Positions 36,444-48,600 of a stretch of 64,000 nucleotides of DNA are shown one piece after another. Source of the DNA: Zancudomyces culisetae HAW-14-8. Taxonomy: Eukaryota; Fungi; Kickxellomycota. The notes under the pieces were generated by a model, which ran no database searches, had not been told where the DNA came from, and worked only from the letters and a program-made list of their open reading frames with translations. Positions within the stretch are counted from its first letter, which is position 1. Every line of letters starts with the position of its first letter. Location of the stretch: assembly GCA_052426225.1 (NCBI GenBank), contig JBNJNM010000023.1, forward strand, positions 248,001-312,000, written 5' to 3'. The translations under genes and the position numbers were made by a program.

Positions 36444-38334
36444 ATTTTCTATTTTAAATGTTTATTATATTGTACGTATATGTATATGAGTCTCAATTCA
36501 ATTTGAAATTATAAAGACTTGTAAATTTTTTTATATTTTACAAGTAAACAATTATGTATTTGTTTATTTTTCGCTAAATTCAAATTCATCAATTCAATTT
36601 ATTACGTTCACCCTTATACATCAATTTAATACCAGAATTAGCTTTGGTTTACTATAGAGGCTAAAATAATCTAACCCAAAGAAAAAAAAATTTTTTTTAT
36701 AAAAATTGTTTAAAATACGTAACAAGTGGAAATCAGTACACAAAAATAATTCTAGTATTAAATATTTAAAATATATTTATTACAATTGTTTTAAAAGTTC
36801 AGTGTATACCAAAAGTTTAAGTATGAATAATCAAATAAATGAAGCTGTCAGTTATACTAAGATCATGGATTATAAATAGAACAAATACCATTAACTAGAG
36901 TTACTGTTTAAATTATTTAATGATTAAATATAATAACTAAGTATGATTATCAATACACAATTAAATTAATACCATGCTTAAAGAAATATAAAAATGCTAA
37001 ATCCCATTAAATTTTAAAATTTCTTTTATTGCAGCAGACTCTTGAAAACTACTTTTTTATTCCTCGTTTCATTTGTAATAAGTGAGGAGTACTCTGTAAA
37101 CACAAAACCGTCTATATTTAGTATTGAAATATGTTTTTGTAACATATAGTGAAAGTATTCAATAATCTGATGAATCACCAGCTCATGTGAAGGCTAATTT
37201 CTGTATAGCATTGATTATACCAGTGCTACTCAATTTAGGATTTTTTAATTTTTTGTGCATTCTGTTCCTAACGTTTAAATTCCTTCATTATTGTGATAAA
37301 AGCAACAAACTCAAAATAAAATAATATCAAAAGTACTAATAATGAACTTTAGATATTGTAAATAATCTATGTGAAATGTATTCTTTCAATAAAAAAGCTG
37401 TAGGTTAATGATTTCTCTTCTGCTCTCTGTTATATTTGCCGATTGCTCCAGCTTTGGTTCTTATCAAATATAACATATTGGCTATATCAGTCATTTATTG
37501 CTCGCATTTGTAGTCATATTCTTATCCAAATCGTAATTGTTTTCTATAAAAAAAAAGACTTTTAACCGTAATATAAAATGTACTCAACTTTATATCTATT
37601 ATCATCTTTTTCTATCTAAAGCAGTTTAGATAAAGTTTAATCTGATACTATAACATAACTACTAAATCATTTTTGCTAACGAATCAAGTACGAATAAGTA
37701 TAGTAAAAAACCAGAAAGTTCACAATCAGGAACATTAGGAATGGATATTCTATGTCTGCAAAGCCAAAAATATGGAAAACTACTAATATAAGAATCTGAA
37801 TTACTATTAGGCGAAAATTACCATTTTGAAAATAATATACTTTTGATATATACACTATACTAATAGTGATCAGTTTATAATTAGGTAATTATCAAGTTTA
37901 CAATCCTTTATTAAAAACATAGATTTAATTAAATTTCTAACTTTCTAAGAGGCAAAACAGAACTGTTAAATAATCCGAGAATGAGTATAAAAGTGTTGTG
38001 ATATCACAACTATATTCTTTTACCTCGAACTCCCTATTCATATAGCTATATGACCATCTCACTAATTATTAATGATATACTAAGCATAGAACTAAGAAAT
38101 ATTATCTAAATAACTTGTTCCTACACACCATACATTGGTGTTTGTCGTTTACTATATATATAATTCGTTTGTCGCTCCTATTCGGTGTTTAATATCATAG
38201 TTGTGAAAGTTGAACACAACAAAAGAACATAGTAAATGATTCGATAAACTCAATCTTTACGTTAGTGATAAAAATTTGCAGTTATTAAATACTACTTAGT
38301 AAACAAACTAAATAAAATAATAATAAAAAACAAA

Positions 38335-38408
38335 AAGCTGACGCGGGGATCGAACCCGCAACCTTATGATTAGAAGTCATATGCGCTATCCAATTGCGCC
38401 AGCCAGCC
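38335..38408 (-). tRNA. tRNA-Arg(UCU)
   Basis: GGCTGGC acceptor stem, TGGCGCAATTGG A-box, TATGA-CTTCTAA-TCATA anticodon arm, GGTTCGATCC B-box, downstream T runs. Confidence 0.93.
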
Positions 38409-38416
38409 GTATTTTG

Positions 38417-38682
38417 TGTATAGTAGTAGAAATATTTTAGCTTTTACTTGAAAGCTATTGGCTTCCAAGCACTACACGAGACGGGCCGCTAATAGTTACT
38501 GGTTATAAATATTTATATTACTATTATTATATTCAAGAGACGACAAATTTATTTAACTAAAAATTTCATTGATTTAAATACTACAAAATCAACTACAAAA
38601 ACTATTAAATAAATAACCAATGAAATAACACTAATAATTACAATAGATGAGAAATCTATAACGTATAATATTTTATACGACA
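38417..38682. mobile_element. Solo LTR (family A), proximal to tRNA-Arg(UCU)
   Basis: TGTATA...TATACGACA, flanked by TTTG/TTTG; shares a CCCGTCYCGTGT-like core with 51095-51348 and 57316-57537 in inverted orientation. Confidence 0.7.
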
Positions 38683-38684
38683 TT

Positions 38685-39143
38685 TGTTGTATAATTAAAT
38701 TTTACTTATAATTATTTATTTTTTTCTTATTTATATATGTATAATATGTATCATATAATTATTGTTAATAATATAATCTTAGTTGAAACTATTAGAAACT
38801 TAATATAAACATCTGAGTTGATCATAGCTATTTATTTACTAATATAAAGCTTGTTGATAGAATGATATTTATTTCCTTATGCAATAACTAACACTTTAAA
38901 TACTTTTCCTAGTATTATAAACATGCTAATAACTAACTATTGAACTAATACCAACTAAATAACTAATACTGAAACAACTTAAATGAGTAATAAACTAATA
39001 CTCTTAGAAAAAACAACAATGAATCAGTTTCATTGAATACTACATAAACTAAAACTAAAAGTATATTATTAATTTAATTATTTCACTTGATGATAAACAT
39101 ATAATATTAGTTTATCACCAAGGGTTCATGTCACTATATGACA
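38685..39143. mobile_element. Solo LTR
   Basis: TGTTGTATA...TATATGACA; TSD ATTT (38411-38414 / 39144-39147) once the younger unit is removed. Confidence 0.7.
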
Positions 39144-39148
39144 ATTTT

Positions 39149-39554
39149 TGTCAAAAATATTTTTTCTCTTGTCGGTTGATGCCGACTTAACCGTTTTTGC
39201 AAGTATTTTTATTAACTAGACTATATTTTACTACCTGTAAACGGTAGGATCCAGGTTCAATGTTGTTTTAATAGTTGTTTATTGATAATTATATTTTTGC
39301 GAAAAAGACTAGATAAGGTTAATAAAAGTGGGAAACGGACACTATTTATCCGTTTCCTTCGAAGATTTTAGGACTGAGTAATATAATAGTTTAAAAATAT
39401 AATATAATGCTAGATAATAGTAACATAGAAACTTAATTATAATAAAGATTACCACATTGTGAAAAAAACCCTTTGTTAGGAAAAAGCACAATGTTGTAAA
39501 TCAGTACATCTTATTAAAATAAGATTTACTATGTACTGTCATTGTAATATGACA
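39149..39554. mobile_element. Solo LTR
   Basis: TGTCA...TGACA terminal inverted repeat; TSD TTTT. Confidence 0.65.
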
Positions 39555-39560
39555 TTTTGT

Positions 39561-40249
39561 TGTTGTAATTTTAGTTTACAGAAAATTTCTCAGGAAATTT
39601 CCGTAACTAAACCTACAAAAAGTTCTGCTAATTGAGGGGGATTGTTACTGGAATAAGTTTTACTTTATTTAACCAGTCAACCCTACCTTTTTAGCTTATA
39701 TTTAATTTAGTTTTATGTATTTATTACTTCAATAAATGCGATAAAACTGGGTAAAATTACGCCCAACTCCTAAAATTTGGTGTGCAAAACGATTAATTTT
39801 GGTCCAAAAATTAGACTCTGATACCTTTCTGATACCCTTTGAAAATTGTGTTACGCTTCACTACCTATGTTTTTTTTTGGTTTTAGGTAGATTTTTGCTC
39901 AAATCACAAATTTCAATTATATAGAGTAAAATCAAGTATTTTAGAGCTAATTTGTATTTTATTTAATGAATAACTTTTAAAAATAAAAAGATAAAACCAC
40001 CAAACTTGTGGTGGGGTTACTAGTAATATACTAGTACCTGACAGGCTATTATATTGAACTTTATATAATAGAAACTTAAAATAAAACAATGAAAACTGAA
40101 CATTTCACCAACATTTTGGGTGATAATTTCACCCTAGTAATCCCAGATTACTAGCTCGAACACCCGAGATAACGGTGGTTATTCGGTGTTTGAGAAGCTG
40201 TATGCTGTTCATCCAATAGTTTAGCTTGGATAGAACTAAGCATACAACA
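39561..40249 (-). mobile_element. Solo LTR (family B, about 690 bp), inverted relative to the copies at 51350-52060 and 54935-55623
   Basis: Near-identical reverse complement of the two other copies; TGTTGTA...TACAACA ends. Confidence 0.9.
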
Positions 40250-40252
40250 TTT

Positions 40253-40670
40253 TGTAATATTTTATTTTATTATTAAATATTTTTAACCGTTATGGGTGAT
40301 TAGTGTCACTACACCCTACCTCACTCGATGTTGATTAGGTATTAAGCTACTCAGTCTAAGAATGTGGTAACTTTAACTGTAGACACTTATGAAACTTATA
40401 TTATAATTTCTGACTGTATTTTCTTTTCTGAATATAACTACATATATAAACTATTTAAAACAGACTATCTAAAAAACTATCATTTCCTCTACCCATTAAA
40501 TATCCCGAACTGATATCAACTATTAAAAATTGGATAAAACCCTCCACAGGGAGAAAGGTCCAATCTTCACCAATAATATAATAATAAAACTAATTATAAA
40601 TAGATAAATGTAAACAAAGTGCTATCCAATCACCAGCCGGTGGGTGTTCACTATCATTTTTGATATGACA
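40253..40670 (-). mobile_element. Solo LTR (family C, related to family D)
   Basis: TGTAATAT...ATATGACA; reverse complement contains GATTGGAC.TTTCTCCC..GGAGGGTTTTATC, shared with 57543-57939 and family D. Confidence 0.75.
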
Positions 40671-42135
40671 ATTTCGTTAGCGAATAAGTTGGTAACTAGT
40701 TCGCTATTTCAAAAAAATAATAGTTACTACGTTAACTAATATTATTATGTACTATTTTATCTAAATTTTCACTATATATGTAAAGACTTTTAGTAATTAG
40801 ACCAAAACTATTTTATTTGATAATGTTTAGTACTGAAAAAAATTGTACTATATATATTGAATTAATATTTAATACACTACTATAAAATTAAATATATAGA
40901 CTAATATAATTAAGTATACTAATTGCTTATTTTTTATGTATTATTACAAGCCTAGAAATAACCTGTCATGAACTGATTCTAGAATGTTCGAAAACGTTCT
41001 AGAATCATCTGAATTACATCCGCAGTAATGTTTAGAATGTTCCCCAACATTCTAGAACATTACCGACAATTCACATTATTTCTTAATTGTTCATACGTAA
41101 TAATTTACACATGTTGAATTTTATTAGCATTCATAATTGATTTTTGTTTGATTACTAATCAAATTGGATTAGTAATCAAACATGTTTTTCTTTACCTTTC
41201 ATTTTTAGCTATTCCGCAGTTTTCATAGTGATATTGTTCAAGAACCATGGCTGGAAAAAAGTATAAAAAGGGTACAATTTTTCTGTCTTTGATTCAGTAT
41301 CTAGTATCTTGTATACATTCATACAATAAACTTTATAATAATAAATATAACTCTCCAAACTCCTGATCTTGACATGTAGTATGAACATGTATTTGAACAT
41401 TTCCCATACTACATTTATCATTATTGAATGGACGCAGTATGAAGAATTAATTTGGCTGAGTCCATTAATTTTCATTTTCTTAATTTTTTTAAATTATGTC
41501 CAAATTTTAATTCAACTATGTAAAATAAGAAAATGTATATCCATGCATTACTGGTTGCATATTTTAACTCATTCGACTGTTATATAATGAGTAAACAATC
41601 CTATATGTTTATCATTTATATAAATATTTATATGATTTTATGATATTTTCTTGTAAATATTTATTATTTATCATATTATACTTAATTGTTTGACTTACTT
41701 GTTTAATATTTGTTTGTTGTTTATACATATGTATTTATTATTAGTAAACACAGAAGTAGTCTGTGCATATTTTATTAGTATAATTTAAGTAGTATTTGTT
41801 TATGCAAATATTGAATGTTTGCATATGTTTGTTTATTTGTAGGAATCATGTATAGTTTATTTATCTTTATGGTTATTCTATGACATGATAAGAAAGTAAA
41901 AAAAACTTAGTTTATTAGTATAAAGTTATACTCTATTAGTATTTGAATTTTGTATAAATAGGTTGTTTAAAAGACCTAGTAAGAAAAAATATCAGTTTAA
42001 TAAAGTTGGTTCTACACAGGAACTTATAGTATTATTGTGAAAACTTATAATAAAATAGTACATAGTATAATTACTATAATAGTTTCCAACTAATTGATAA
42101 AACAAAACCTGTGAATCTGAGCTTTTGATAACACG

Positions 42136-42899
42136 TGTCGCATTATGAGCAATTTGTACAATAGCACGTGGATGTGCCTGAAAATGGTACACTCAGTACG
42201 AAAATGCAAATTCATTTTGTTTACTTTTTTAAATAAATTCAAATAATTTTGAGCTCAGTATGCAATCAATTTTTCATACTGAGCTAGTTCAATAATGATG
42301 AATGTAAAATGTAAAATGATCCCATGCATTTTCATTTATCATTAATAACAAACAAATTATAAATAATATTATAACAATAGTCATATAGTATATAGTTTAT
42401 ATATAGTGGTTTAACATTCGAATAGTATATTTAAGGAGACGTATGGATGACATATGAAAAGATCATCCATGTCTCGATACGGAATATCAAAAATATAATT
42501 AAATAAATTTATATTATAAAAACCAAAATAAACTCTTAAATTACAATGTTTATCAACAGCATGATTGGAACTGGGAATGACTCCAGGAGGGAGTCATACA
42601 CTTTTACCAGCATGAGCAGGGGCAGCAGCATGGATCAGGATGCAGGGGTATTAAGTCCCCGCACCCTTGGTGAGTTGACAGAAAGTGTCCGTCAACTCCA
42701 GATCCGTAGGAGCCCGGAAGAAATGTCGGTGAGTACAATTTCACCGACACTGTACAGGGGTATTAGCTCACCCGAGCACCCCTCGATGCACATTGCATTA
42801 CGCAATAGAAGTACATCAACCATCAGCGATCGTACCAGAACCGGTATAACACGTGATGGTAGCGCTAATGGAAGTAGTGATACTTCACATTATGCGACA
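42136..42899 (+). mobile_element. Solo LTR (family F) containing a conserved ORF
   Basis: TGTCGCAT...ATGCGACA terminal inverted repeat; TSD CACG/CACG; homologous to 56019-56857. Confidence 0.8.
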
Positions 42900-42914
42900 C
42901 ACGACATTTCATAA
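42546..42914 (+). CDS. LTR-encoded Ser/Thr/Arg-rich peptide with NES-like motif (118 codons to the LTR end, stop lies in the flank)
   Basis: Homologous to the 55959-56372 ORF with mostly synonymous differences in the core. Confidence 0.6.
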   Translation: MFINSMIGTGNDSRRESYTFTSMSRGSSMDQDAGVLSPRTLGELTESVRQLQIRRSPEEMSVSTISPTLYRGISSPEHPSMHIALRNRSTSTISDRTRTGITRDGSANGSSDTSHYATHDIS

Positions 42915-43294
42915 GTATACCAAGACATACCTTGAAACAGTTTAGTTTAGTAATCATATGTTTTTAATTAGAAAATGATTTAGATTACAAGTTTTAAACA
43001 GTATATACAAATTTATGCTTTAACTTTCAGTAGTAAAGTTTATGTATCTTTGTATTGTTTTAATAGTATTTTTTAAGTTAGCAGTAAAAGTATATAAGTG
43101 CAGGGAAATATCACTAAATAAAACACATCTTTAATCCAAATAAATAGTAGTAATAAGTTCTTTTATTCAGTATACTAATATTCAATAGTTAATAATAACA
43201 ACATTAACGGATATTTGGATATAGTAAGATAATAGGATAAAGTTCAAGTATATTTTAAGTTATTAAAAGTTTAAGTTAAAATAAAAATATAACA
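42907..43294. mobile_element. Solo LTR (family G), inverted copy at 58355-58743
   Basis: Near-identical reverse complement of 58355-58743 (TGTTATA...TATGACA). Confidence 0.85.
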
Positions 43295-43296
43295 TG

Positions 43297-43701
43297 TGTC
43301 ATATAATTAATGATAGTTCATACCTTCTAGCTTTGATTAGCAGTTTATTTATCATATTTATTTTATCATATTTAATTTATCATATTTATTTCATTGGAGA
43401 TTGGACTTTTCTCATTATGGAGGGTTTTATCTAATTTCTATCCTTGATAACAGGTTAGTCGTTATCGGGAAAAGTTTTATAAATAGTTTTTGAGATAACA
43501 AAAGATATATATATTTTATAAATAGTTTTGAAGAAGAAAATAAAAGAATAAAAAAATACGAGATACAAAAATTACAACGGTACTAGCTTCATAAAACGAA
43601 CTATTAGCAAGGGTGTAGGATAAAAACTATACAAATGCTATAGTGTTCGGAGTTGAGTACAAAGCCCCTAAAAAGGCAAACATATTTAAATTAATATTAC
43701 A
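43297..43701 (+). mobile_element. Solo LTR (family D), same family as the 5' LTR of the element at 60456
   Basis: Highly similar to 57943-58349 and 60456-60860; TSD CATG/CATG. Confidence 0.92.
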
Positions 43702-43994
43702 CATGATGTCGTATAAATTTTTGTAATTAGTAATTTTAGAATATAACAGCACGACGAGACTGTATACTCTAATTTAAAGTAAATCCAGGACATAAATGTA
43801 TTTGTTGTATAATCTTTATTAGTATAATAACGTTACTGAATTAGGAAAAGTAGAACGAGGAACTCCATAGAGTCCTGTTTGTCACTATATATAAGAGTTT
43901 GATAATTATTAAATAAAATAGATATTTTACTAAGCAATTAATGTTTAAACGTTTATGCAATTGATGTACAAGCACTTTGGTTAACAAAGAGTTA

Positions 43995-45556
43995 CAGTGA
44001 GTTTCAATAATGTCTCAAAATATTGAAAATATTTTGCAAAGTGTAATATCTCGCTCAATAATATCCAGAAATTATGTTTTTTTTTATATTTTATAATGCA
44101 CAAATTTTGTATTAAGATTATATATAAACTGTATTTTTATTGGTTAAAATTCATTATGAAATTATAAATTGAAAAAATTTTAATAATATAACAATTTTGG
44201 GAATATTTCAAAAAAAAACTTTAAAATTCTGTCCACCTTCCTTTAGACTTGATAACTGCCTAACTCTTTTGGGCATACTATCTATAAGACCAAGTATTGT
44301 TTCCGCTGAAATTAAATTCCATTACGGTTCTATTCGCTCCCATAATTCGATCATCCCGGACGGAGGTTTACTGTATCTATTTAGGCGTCTTTTGATGATT
44401 GCCCATATAGTTTCGATTGGGTTTAAGACTGGAGATTGTGGCGGTCAGTCCAATGTATTATATTCCTGGTTTTCAAGCCAGCTGGTAACTAACTTTGAGG
44501 TATGTTTAGGATCATTGTCATGTTGAAATATTATTGTCTTGGGATCCAACTTGTAGTACTTTATTGTATTGCTAAGCTCGTCTATTAAAATGTTTAAATA
44601 ACCTTCCTTGTTTAACATTCCTTCTATTAGTCATATGTAGCCAGTTTCAAATGCTGTGATGCATCCCCAAATCATTAATGATCCTCCACCGTGTTTTACG
44701 GTCTGGTTAATATTGTGCGGCTGTAGACTCACACCATCACGAACCCAAGTCCATTCATTTCCATCAGATCCAAATCGGTTGGTTTTAGTTTTGTCGGACC
44801 GAATTACTCGTCTCCAATCATCAGTAGTCCAGTGGCGATGAGATTTTGCGAATCTCAACCTTTTTGCAATTTTTTAAGACTCAGTTTCGGTTTATGGGTT
44901 TTAATTTTTGATACAGCTTTTAGATCAATAAAAGCCCTATTATTGTAACTTACTAGCACTAACAATATATCCATTTCTAACTTCTTTTGTATCGAAGTAG
45001 CAGACCGATACTCACATATAATATCATTCTAGTACATATTCGCTTGCTTTGGGGTGAAAGCTTCGCTGGACGACCGCGTTTATTAGCCGGTAAATTGATA
45101 TTCATTGCTGCTTTAATTCTGTATATTTTTGCTTTACTAACCCCATGTTCTATAATAATTCGGTCAATGCTTCTGCCTTCAAGTATCGCGTTTTTTATAA
45201 TCAGTTAACATTGTTCAGATATCATTTTTTAAAAGATTATACTTTTGATTAGTATAATGTTGTTATATATTATAATATGTAGAAGTTTTAAAAATTTTAA
45301 ATATGAATTCATAAAGTTATGATAGTTTAAATTTTTTTTTTGAAATATTCCCAAAATTGTCTCATTTTTAAAATTTTTTCAATTTATAATTTCATAATGA
45401 ATTTTAACCAATAAAAATACAGTTTATATATAATCTTAATACAAAATTTGTGCATTATAAAATATAAAAAAAAACATAATTTCTGGATATTATTGAGCGA
45501 GATATTACACTTTGAAAATTATTTTCAATATTTTGTGACATTTTTGAAACTCACTG
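43995..45556 (-). mobile_element. Tc1/mariner DNA transposon with about 230-bp terminal inverted repeats and a degenerate transposase
   Basis: CAGTGAG...CTCACTG ends, TA duplication (empty site GAGTTATAACC seen in the sister LTR), KHGGGSLMIWGC, FQHDNDPKH and SPVLNPIE motifs. Confidence 0.93.
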
Positions 45557-45632
45557 TATAACCTACTCGGTACACAATTGCACCAACGTTTTACCCCATT
45601 GGCGGTGTAGACTGACGTTTTTTCATACGACA

Positions 45633-48600
45633 ATTCCCCCTTTAAGGCTCGATCGTTCCGGTTGTGTGTCGTAATTCCCTCCGATCTTGAAGAGTAGATC
45701 TTAAGCTTGTTCACTAACTACGGGTATCTCATTTGGTTTGTTATAATATTTCAGCCTGTCACCATTTCTGATATCGTAGTTGCTACTTGAGTCAGATATC
45801 AGGTATGTGCCATTTCCCGTGTTTCTCACTATATAATAAGGACCATTCCATTTTTCTTCGAATTTGGATGATGGTGTTTCATTTACTTTTAGACTAATTC
45901 ACCATTGTTGAATGTTACCGGTGTCACTTTCGCATTATACCTACGTTTCTCATATTCCTTGTTTAAAGTAATTTTATCTACTGCTAACTTCCTTATTAAT
46001 GGTATATCGTTTTCAGTATATAGTATTCTCTCTTTTATAGATTCCTCAATATCCACGTTCGTATCTAAATTATTAAAAGATAATGGTGTAGTTATGTTAG
46101 TTCCGTATAATAATTCGGCTGGGGTCTTTTTTGTTATCCTATTTTTTGTAGTTCTCATAGTTAGTAACAGTTTCCACACATATTTGTCCCACTCTTTTTT
46201 ATTCTGTTGGCAGATGGCAGTTAATCTGTTCTTTAATATTTGATTCGTTCTTTCGACCTGTCCATTAGATCTTGGTCTGAATGATGTTGTTGGTGAATGG
46301 TTAATTCCCATAAATTTGTAGAAGTTCAAAATGGCATCACTCAAAAAATTAGCGCCTCTATCCGTTATTAACTTACTCGGCACGCCAAAATCTTTTACAA
46401 CATCGTAAACTAAAAAGTTTATTAGGGTATCTGAAGTTATGTCTTTCACGGCTTTGCATATTGGCCATTTCGTCAGATAATCGATTGCCGTCAATAAATA
46501 TCGATTTCCTTGGTTAGAAGTTGGATTGATTGGACCAACTGCATCTAGACCAATAATTTCAAATGGGTTTTTTGCAATAATTGGGTTAAATTCATTGTTT
46601 AATTTTGGAGATCCTTTATTTCTTTGACAAATGTCACAGAAATTTACAACATGTTTGGTTAGCGCAAATAGATTTTCCCCTGCATATTTAGTTTTAACTA
46701 AACTCCATGTATAGTAGATTCCTAAGTGATTTTCATTGTGCAATTCAATTAACTTTTCTTTAGCCTCCAGCTCATTTAAAACTTCTCGTTTTCCAAATTA
46801 TTTCGAATAGGCAAAATATTTGTCTCCTTCTAAATTATGTTTTAATGTCCATTTTCTAATTTTTTCTCTCCATTCAATATTTGCATTACTTGGGTAACTT
46901 CCGTTAAATAAATAATTTTTTATAAAATTGTATTTCAAAATATCCATTGTAAATAACGATTTAGATATTTCCCCTTCATCTAAGTGAAGTGTGTTCGCTG
47001 CACCAGTAATATTATCTTCTGTCTGTTGAGAGTCATTATTGAAGTAGTTAGCCGAAATCGGTATTACTCTAGATAACAGGTCGGCCGGATTAAGTCTACC
47101 TGCCCGGTGTTCAAGTGTGTAATCGTATTCTCGAAGTAGAATTGCCCATCTTGCCATCGCCCTGTTGCCTCTTTCGAATCGAATAACCTGATCAGTGCCG
47201 AGTGATCGGTTACTAGTGTAAACTTCCTACCCCAAACATAGTTTCGGAACTGATTTACTGCAAATATAACTGCTAATCCCTCGAGTTGAGTTATTGAATA
47301 GTTCTTTTCTGATTTTTTTAATCCTCTACTTACAAATTAAATAGGTTTTTCTTTATCTTGTTGAACTTGACTCAATATCGCACCTACACCATTGTGTGAT
47401 GCATCTGTAGTTATGATGAATGGCAGATCCCAATTTGGATGTGCTAATACTGGAGCTGTAGTCAACTTTTTCTTCATTGTTTCAAATGCCTTCTGGCATT
47501 CATGTTTCCAACCCCAAGATATATCCTTTCTTTATATTCATATAATGGTTTTACAATGCTTGAATTCTTATTTATAAATTTTCTGTAATAATTTGACATA
47601 CCCAAAAAGCTTTGTAGTTCCTTAATGTTTGTTGGACTTGGTAATTCACTGATTGCTTTTATCTTTTTGGGATTCGTTTCCAACCCTTCTTTTGAAACTA
47701 TGTACCCTAAATATTCCAACCGTTCTTGTGCGAAACTGCACTTATTAATGTTTAACTTTAAGTTATGATCTTTTAAAAGTTGAAATACCGTTTCTAGGTC
47801 TTTGATGTGACTTTCGATATCTCATGAAAATATAATGATATCATCCACGAATAAAACCGCGGTTTTCCATAATATAGACCTTAAAACCCTCTCCATTAAT
47901 CTCTGGAAGGTTGGTGGACTGTTACAAAGCCCGAAGGGCATCACATTGTAACAGTACAACCCTTCTCCCGGAATTGTAAATGCTGTTTTGTGTTTGTCTG
48001 TTACTTTTAACTTTACTTGCCAAAAACCTGATAAGGCATCTAAGGTAGTAAAAATTGCAGACCCAGCCAAAGCTTCAAATATATCAGATATGATAGGTAA
48101 AAGATAATTATCTTTTTTTGTAACCTGATTTAATTTTCTATAATCTGAACAGATTCTAAGACTACCATTTTTTTTCCAAACGGTAACCACAGGTGCGCAC
48201 CAATCCGATACACATGGTTCAATAATACCCTTTTCCTTCATAACGTTAATTTCTTCTCTAACTAACTCTTTCATAGCTTGGGGAATTCGGTACGGCCTCA
48301 ACTTTATTGGTTTTGCATCGCCTGTGTCAATGCTATGCTCAACAGTTTCGGTTGCAGTGAGTTGTTTATAATCTTGAGAAAATATCTCTTTAAATATTTC
48401 TAACAGATCATTTATCTTTGGGTGTATACTGTTATTTAAATCGTTCACTTTAATTTCCTCCTTACCAATTCCAAAAATTTCCACGCCGTTAGTTTCATAG
48501 GTTTCATTTTCATTATTTTCCGACTTGTTTTGCAGTGGTAACATGACTCGATCGTTATTTTTAATTAATGTTAAGATATTAGTACTTAAATTCAATTGTG

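Noticed and set aside
41209-42192. Short ORFs in the LTR stacks (41209-41475, 41369-41587, 41992-42192; likewise 51082-51342 and 60103-60617)
   Set aside because: AT-rich chance ORFs with no evidence of frame conservation, unlike the family F ORF
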